From Bdellovibrionota bacterium FG-1 (lineage in GTDB: Bacteria > Bdellovibrionota > UBA1018), in NCBI GenBank assembly GCA_051382295.1, contig JBBCAW010000014.1, positions 1-11,833 of the forward strand: a DNA stretch of 11,833 nt, read 5' to 3'. Under the pieces are notes generated by a model. That model made no database searches. It was not told where the DNA came from and was given only the letters and a program-made list of their open reading frames with translations. Below are positions 5,953-11,833 of the stretch, in pieces; position 1 is the first letter of the stretch, and the number at the start of each line of letters is the position of its first letter. Position numbers and translations under genes: made by a program.

Positions 5953-7048
5953 TGCCGGCCCTTTTGATGGCTTGGCGCAGCTTTTTAGCGACCGCTAAAG
6001 CATCGTCTGCCAGGTTCTCATCCTCTTCATCCGCATATTCATCCCAGAGCATTGCGACCTGCTCCGATAGCTCCTGCACCAGACCTTCGCGAGTTTCAGA
6101 GAACACGTTCAACCCAAGAGACGCGTCTTCAATGACGTAAAGCTGCTGGGTCTCGGCATCCAGTGAGGGGGTGAATTCCATCGGTTGCGCGAACTCAAAT
6201 ACTCGGTTCTTCCATTTGAGTTGCGGCAGCCTAATAGGACTCAAGTTTACAGGTTCAATACGGAACACGTTGTTAAGTTTTTGAGGAAAGCCCTTTTCAT
6301 CCAAAGTGAACTCGCCCGTAACCTCAATCAGCCCAGACGAAACCTTTCTGGCATCCAGCAATCGATCTTCGATTTCTGGAAGATACTTACATTTAATTTC
6401 TCGGTTGTTCGGTCGGTACTTTATCACAACGCGCTGTTCTTGAAAGTTGGCAGCAACCAACACGCCCTTCACGGTCATTGTTGTCGCTGCGGATTCAGTA
6501 GAAGCCGCCTGAATCCATTTAGTCAGCGTCTTCTGTTCCTTCCCAGAAACAGAAATACTCCTGCCAGCGTGAACAAACTCCAGCGTCACACCGTCGTCTT
6601 CTTTTGGCATCACCGCTGCCATTGCCTGAAATGCACGACGACGAATTATGGGATTTTTAATCAGCGCTTTGGCCGAGTCCTGATCGTCCGTTGTTGTGGC
6701 CGTCATTAATCCCATTACGCCGTTAAAGACACCTTGAACTTTTTCGTTCTTGAGGTGGAGGTTCTGCACGAAGCTACCGGCCGAAGGGGGTTCGCACATC
6801 AGCGTGAACTCATCCCGGTGCTGATTTGAGAATTTGAGCCGCTCATTGACGTCGATCTCTTCCGAATCAGCGCCCATTAAGAAAACAAGTTGCTGCAAAC
6901 CTGTAATTGTCTGAGCGAGAACCACCGCAGGCACGGCATTGCCGCTAACCATTCCGCCATCTAGACGAATGCTTGCGCTCGATCCTAATTGCTTTTGTGA
7001 TTCAGTCTTCTTTTCCATCTGCCCACTTCCGCCTCGCCGTCCTACCAT
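5945..7048 (-). CDS. Multidomain protein with C-terminal HicB-like domain; putative extended antitoxin (367 aa, or 357 aa from the ATG at 7018)
   Basis: C-terminal LYVIEDASLGLNVFSETREGLVQELSEQVAMLWDEY fits the HicB beta-beta-alpha (partial RNase H) pattern and is strongly acidic. Coupled to the HicA-like gene. A central beta-rich segment looks OB-fold-like. Start codon ambiguous. Confidence 0.7.
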   Translation of the reverse strand: MVGRRGGSGQMEKKTESQKQLGSSASIRLDGGMVSGNAVPAVVLAQTITGLQQLVFLMGADSEEIDVNERLKFSNQHRDEFTLMCEPPSAGSFVQNLHLKNEKVQGVFNGVMGLMTATTTDDQDSAKALIKNPIIRRRAFQAMAAVMPKEDDGVTLEFVHAGRSISVSGKEQKTLTKWIQAASTESAATTMTVKGVLVAANFQEQRVVIKYRPNNREIKCKYLPEIEDRLLDARKVSSGLIEVTGEFTLDEKGFPQKLNNVFRIEPVNLSPIRLPQLKWKNRVFEFAQPMEFTPSLDAETQQLYVIEDASLGLNVFSETREGLVQELSEQVAMLWDEYADEEDENLADDALAVAKKLRQAIKRAGNA

Positions 7049-7227
7049 AGAACTTCAACCCCAGCGAGACTGCCTCATTGTTAAAGTTCCACCCTTTATT
7101 ATGCCGTCCAAATCCTCTAACCCACAAGCCGCTTCACTCATCTTCAATGGTCAAGTTTTGAGACCGCGTAGGCAAAACCTTCCCCAGTCAAAATTCCATC
7201 TCCCTGCACATCGCAGCACTCACCTTC

Positions 7228-7452
7228 TCACTTTTTATTTCTCATCTCCTTCAGCCCCACTTCGACCGCCTCAATCAGCACACGGTTTTTCATCCATATC
7301 TTTTCGTTAGGTAACCGCCGCTCATTCTTTGACGTACGTACTGCCTCGATCTCCTTATCGAGCGCATCAAACCACTCGCCCTTATCGGGAGGGACACGGA
7401 TCTGCAGAGTCCGATAGTCGGACGGTTGCTTGGGGTTCTTCTTTCGCTGCAC
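7228..7452 (-). CDS. Small basic protein, probable ribbon-helix-helix regulator (74 aa)
   Basis: GTG start with GGAG 5 nt upstream. Alternating strand TLQIRVP, helix WFDALDKEIEAVR, second helix KNRVLIEAVEVGL. Palindromic repeats directly upstream. Confidence 0.6.
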   Translation of the reverse strand: MQRKKNPKQPSDYRTLQIRVPPDKGEWFDALDKEIEAVRTSKNERRLPNEKIWMKNRVLIEAVEVGLKEMRNKK

Positions 7453-7474
7453 TCCCGCTCCATTCTGCCCGATT

Positions 7475-7514
7475 TTTCTTGTATTACAAGTTTCTTGTAT
7501 TACAACTATTACAA
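7475..7514. promoter_or_regulatory. Tandem palindromic operator-like repeats between divergent genes
   Basis: TTTCTTGTATTACAA twice (7475-7489, 7491-7505; 16-bp period), each containing the dyad TTGTA-T-TACAA, plus a third partial copy TATTACAA (7507-7514). Confidence 0.65.
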
Positions 7515-7545
7515 ACAGGCACAGCCCTTGCTGATTCGGAGCAAA

Positions 7546-7818
7546 ATGAGAACGACAGAGATCAAAGTTAACGGTGAGAAAAGAGAAGCTCAGCTCGCAG
7601 CAGGCGGCCAGGGGTTTAAGATTTACACCGTGTTTGGTCTGGAAGGTTGGGCGCTCGTTTTAGGACGAAAAACAGCCTTTATTGACGACAAAACGCCTGT
7701 AGCCCAGGTCGTGGCTGACTATGTGAACCTTCGCTATCACGCGCTCGACAAGCACGAATTGATCAAGGCCCGCTTCCACGACGTTGTGGATGAACTGGTT
7801 CGGAATCAGGACAACTAG
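7546..7818 (+). CDS. Hypothetical protein (90 aa)
   Basis: GGAG SD 4 nt before the ATG at 7546 (MRTTEIKVNG). The longer 7426 start would overlap the divergent gene and the operator. Fills the gap up to the convergent RM gene. Confidence 0.7.
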   Translation: MRTTEIKVNGEKREAQLAAGGQGFKIYTVFGLEGWALVLGRKTAFIDDKTPVAQVVADYVNLRYHALDKHELIKARFHDVVDELVRNQDN

Positions 7819-7834
7819 TCCGAAAAGTCGGACT
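7817..7834. terminator. Short hairpin between convergent genes, possible weak terminator
   Basis: AGTCCGA-AAAG-TCGGACT. No U-tract on either strand. Confidence 0.3.
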
Positions 7835-7839
7835 CGGGC

Positions 7840-10800
7840 CTACGGGGCCAGCAACTCGAACAGCGGCAACTGCGCCACGAGTTTATTGGTCTCTAGGCTC
7901 ACCGCCACCACGCGCTTGACAAGATCAACGATGTAGCGGGGGTCTTCTGACCACTCATTCGGGTCGTTCTGGATGCCGCTATCTTTGTCAGTCGTGACTG
8001 CGTACCGCTCCATCACCCACTCGACTGCTGACTTTCCGTTCACCACGTAATTGTAGGCTTCGAGCGGGATGCCCGTGAGCCGCACGTGCGGATTAAAGAT
8101 GATCTGCGTTTTGTCTTGGATTTTCTTCTCTTTCGGGAACCTCATGCCCGCTTCGTTCACTCGGTAGCGGTCTTTGTCATTCTTGGGCGCACCGGGGATG
8201 ATTCCTTCTTTGAGCGCATACGGTTTAAAGGTCTCATAATTCAAATGCACCTCTGCGAGCGCCCGCCCCGTTTTGCTATAGCCCCAGAAGTCCTTGAGCA
8301 GCGGAATGCGCGGGAGCATCTTCTTTAGGTCGTTTTGGTACCGGCTCCGATAGATTGGCGAGTGGAGCAAACCATAAACATAGTAGAAAATATCCTCTTT
8401 GGTGATTTTCTCGTTCTTATAGGAATCTTTGAATTTATTCAGAGAGAAATCAGTAATCGCATTTCGTCTGATGTGCCCATCCTTAGCAACCTTTTCCTTA
8501 AGGTTGAGCCCACCCTGTCCTTCATCATCAATTTTTTCGTAGTAATAGAGAGGGAAGCACTGGCCATTGTAAAATGTCTTATATTCAGTCAATCGTTTCG
8601 TTATTAATGCAGAAAACCTGTTGTTCTCTCCAGATCCAATTACACAAATCATTAAGTTCTGGCTATCGATTTGGGGAAAGATCTTCGGCATTTGATATAC
8701 GCGCTCATTCAACGAACGATCAAAATATCCCCATTGGCAAAAGAAAGGCCGATACATAAATTTCGTAATGTGCTTTTCAGTAAATTTCTTTCTGGCTCCT
8801 TTGAAGGCATCGCCTTTCAAATTTGCTGACCATGAAATTCTACGCGGGTCAACATTCAGTAGTTCGGAGTTTTTATTTACCTTATTTTCTCCATATTTTT
8901 TCGAAATCTCTTCAACCTGCGCGTTATAAAAGGATATCGTCTCGGTTAATTTCTTTTTAACCATTGCTTGAGAGGAGTTGAAGATCCAGTAGTCGCGGCA
9001 AGTCAATATCCCCTGCGAATAAGTAGCAAAAATCGAATCTCTATTATTCTTTTTATCCCCAAGGGGAATGAAAACATCAAATTCGTTGCTCCTTTGATTG
9101 ACCCAATCCCCCTCTTGGTTTGGGATTATTTTTTTCCACGGAACATTTTTAATAGATTCAAACTTTGAAACTATACCCAGTTTTTCTTCTCGGGAAAGAT
9201 AGTCGCCGATATCGTAGTAAAAAATTTCAGAAGCGCCTGTGTTCCTCTTTGATTTCACAAAAATGCTAACCGCTACAGGCGTTCGGCTCCCCGAGCCGAA
9301 GATTTTTCCACCCTCCTGCCGGGAAAGCTCTCCAGACGTTCGTTGGTTTCCGCGCAAATTGAAGCAGTAAATTTTCGAAAATTCTTTCTCAACACACTTA
9401 CGCAATCCATCCGCAGAGTTACTATCAATGAACGCACCATTTGTTACAAATCCGACCACACCCTCATCACCAATTCGATCGGAAGCCCAACGAATTCCGC
9501 GAATGTAGGAGTCATATAAGCTGCTTTTTAGTGTCGCAGATGATTGTTTTGCGTATGAGTCCTGTATCTTTTTGTCCAGCTCCGGATAACTGAGATTTTG
9601 ATTATTATCGTTCTCATCTGTTTGGCCTGCAGAATACGGTGGGTTGCTGATAATTACCGTAATGCGAACTTTTTTCTGCTTTTCGGCACGCTTATGGTCC
9701 TCCAGTAGGGCCGCCTCAAAGTCGCTCTGTGCTGGCGCTTCAGTGAGCTGGAAGGTGTCCGTCAACACGCCACCCACAAATGGCACATACTCGCCGCCCA
9801 TTATCTCGTGGTAAGTCTCTTCGATGTTGACGCTGGCAATGTAGTAGGCAAGGAGCACGAGTTCGTTTGCGTGGATCTCCTCGCGAAACTTGCGTTTTAG
9901 GTCTTCGCTCTTGATGATCCCACTTTGGAGCAATCGCACGATGAATGTCCCAGTGCCCGTGAATGGATCGAGGATATGAATGCCCTGGTTTGACAAGCTC
10001 TTACCGAACTCTTTCTGCATTACGTCTTCGACGCTGTGGATGATGAAATCCACGACCTCAATCGGGGTGTAAACGATGCCCAGTCGCTCGGACATCTTCT
10101 TGAACGCTACATTGAAGAAGCGGTCATACAATTCCTTGATAACCCGCTGACGGGCCTCGGCGTTGTTAATGCCACGAACACGCATTCGCACGCTCTCATA
10201 GAACTTCTTGAGCGCCTCGACCTCTGATGGAGGCAGTTTGGTCTCAAACACCTTAAGAACAGCATCCATCGACCTCGATACGCTGTTGTTTTCGGCGAAC
10301 TGATAATGCTCAAAGAGCGCGTCAAACACAGGTTTGGTAATGAGCTGTTGCGAAAGCATCTCGATGGCATCGGTTTCGCCGATCGACGGGTTGAGGTTCT
10401 TGCGTATCCCGTTCAAGAATTTGTCGAAGGCTTTCTTGGCTTTCGGTTCATTCGACTTCAAAAGTGCCTGAATCTGCTTGGTGTGTTCGGCTGCGATCTT
10501 GGCGACGTCTTTCGCCCAGTCTTCCCAATAGGGGCGGGTGCCGCATTTCAAGACAATCTTGGCGTAAATCGCATCCCGCCATTTCTCGATCTCAGGCAGG
10601 TTGAGCGGGAGTTGGGTCATTCCGTCGCTCTTCTTCTTCTCGCCGCCCTCTTCTTCATCGCCACCACCGCCCACACCAATTACGCGGATGGTGTTGGAGC
10701 GATTCTTATTGAGTTCGATTTTGTTGACCTCAGCGTCAAAGCGGTCATCATGCGCGCGAAGGGCTTGTAACACCTGCCAAACGACCTTGTACTTCTTGTT

Positions 10801-11722
10801 ATCTTTGAGCGCCTCTTCCGGTGGCACGCCGGCCGGGATACCCACAGGCAAGATCACGTAGCCGTACTTCTTACCTTCGGATTTGCGCATGATGCGCCCA
10901 ACGGACTGAACCACATCGACCATCGAGTCTCTTGGGTTCAAGAACAAGACAGCATCGAGGGCGGGCACGTCCACACCTTCGCTCAAACACCGGGCATTCG
11001 TTAGGATACGGCAGGTACTTTCAGCGGCGTCCTCTTTTAACCAATCGAGTTTGGCATTGCGATCCAAAACGTTGAAGCTACCATCCACATGCGCGAGTTC
11101 ACAGCTCAGGACATTTTTTAGGTCGGGATTCTTCTTGATGTACTCGCTGACCACACCCTGAAATGAATTAGCGATTTGCTTTGAGTCCTTGATGGTCCGC
11201 GCAAACGCCACTGCACGCTTCATAGGATTCCGGTCTTCGCTTTCCGAACCATCCCCCACAAACCGTTTTGAAAGACCATTCCAGCAACCAATGATCTTTG
11301 CCATGTCTTCGATCTGAATTTCGCTGTTCTCATCCGCAAGAGATTTCTGGAACCTTGGGTCGACGATGGCCTCATCGATTGCAAGCACCAATACCTTGTA
11401 ATCAGTAAGCAAGTGGTCACCCACGGCTTTGCCAAATCCAAGACGATGAAACTCTCTGCCGTAGGTCCCCGCGTCATCCATCGAGGCAAGAACGGCTCCG
11501 CCCTCTTCGGCTTTCGTTTTAGCGGCATCACCATACACACGTGGCGTAGCGGTCATATAGAGGCGCTTCTTGCCTTTCACGTACTTTTGGTCGTGAACCT
11601 TTACGAAATGTGACTCGTCTTCGTCGGCAAGAGTAACGCCTGTGGTGCGATGTGCCTCGTCGCAGATGATGAGGTCGAATTCGGGTAAACCCTTCTTCTG
11701 CGCTTTAGTGATGACATCAATC
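7840..11722 (-). pseudogene. Type ISP restriction-modification enzyme (LlaGI/LlaBIII-like), 5'-truncated by an IS insertion; retains most of the SF2 helicase-like ATPase, the N6-adenine MTase and the target-recognition domain
   Basis: DEAHRTTG (motif II), MTATPR (III), LSEGVDVPALD (V), QSVGRIMRK (VI); MTase GIVYTP, DPFTGTGTF (I), NPPY (IV); C-terminal YVVNGKSAVEWVMERY...DSGIQNDPN. No Walker A or N-terminal nuclease is present. Family-like sequence begins abruptly at IDVITKAQ. Confidence 0.9.
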
Positions 11723-11833
11723 CGTTGCGGCTCAGCTAAAATGTACCCCTTCTGCTCACTTAAAATGTACCAGGGGGTTAGGAAAAAAATACCCACTGCA
11801 AACAGTCACCATGACTGCTCACAATGGGTAGAT
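11723..11833. mobile_element. Terminal end of a probable IS21-family insertion sequence
   Basis: CGTTGCG followed by two 18-bp direct repeats, GCTCAGCTAAAATGTACC (11730-11747) and GCTCACTTAAAATGTACC (11754-11771), 16/18 identical with a 24-bp period. Multiple terminal transposase-binding repeats are an IS21 hallmark. The junction coincides with the point where RM homology stops. No transposase gene in the window. Confidence 0.75.
11783..11830 (-). terminator. Intrinsic terminator inside the IS end, oriented toward the truncated RM gene
   Basis: Minus-strand RNA UACCCAUUGUGAGCAGUCA-UGG-UGACUGUUUGCAGUGGGUA-UUUUUUU: a 19-bp stem (15 Watson-Crick + 4 G-U pairs) followed by U7. Confidence 0.8.

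Larger units (their letters stand above)
9..11833. mobile_element. Integrative mobilizable element / genomic island at tRNA-Ser (left part; right end not in window)
   Basis: tRNA 3' fragment + tyrosine integrase + Xis-like protein + MOBP relaxase + MobC + oriT-like structure, followed by RM/TA-type cargo. No conjugation pore genes are visible in the window. Confidence 0.85.

Noticed and set aside
7098..7127. Sigma70-like promoter TTGTGG-N18-CATAAT (minus strand) for the HicB-like gene
   Set aside because: Plausible position, but the -35 is weak and the spacer long. Not supportable from sequence alone.
7475..7514. CRISPR-like or iteron array
   Set aside because: Only 2-3 adjacent copies without spacers, and no cas or rep gene. 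An operator is the simpler explanation.
10618..10650. Internal restart (ATG at 10620 after a purine-rich linker) producing a stand-alone MTase-TRD protein
   Set aside because: In frame and at a domain boundary, but there is no clear SD at proper spacing and no promoter evidence, and the upstream IS terminator argues against expression.
11700..11747. Hybrid outward promoter formed at the IS junction
   Set aside because: No convincing -35/-10 pair at 16-18 bp spacing on the minus strand.
11723..11796. GTG start at 11796 as the true start of the RM gene
   Set aside because: It lies in a terminator stem inside IS-like repeats, and the product would lack Walker A and the nuclease domain.

Overview
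The window is the left ~11.8 kb of an integrative and mobilizable element (IME). It starts at a 17-bp copy of a tRNA-Ser 3' end (att site, 9-25). Next comes one tightly coupled minus-strand operon: mobC, a MOBP relaxase with a degenerate primase-like C-terminal half, an excisionase-like HTH protein and a tyrosine integrase, with a structured oriT-like region upstream. The cargo looks defence-related: (i) two translationally coupled genes of unknown function; (ii) an unusual toxin-antitoxin-like pair, in which a ~360-aa multidomain protein ending in a HicB-like domain precedes a HicA-like toxin, with a small RHH-like regulator and palindromic operator nearby; (iii) a Type ISP (LlaGI/LlaBIII-like) restriction-modification gene. 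The Type ISP gene is cut off at ~11722 by what appears to be the end of an IS21-family element with a strong intrinsic terminator, so the ORF track's start at 11796 is spurious. The gene also has an AT-rich internal segment over the MTase/target-recognition region, suggesting a specificity swap. No T4SS, coupling protein or rep gene is in the window. All family calls come from motif recognition by eye, not database searches.
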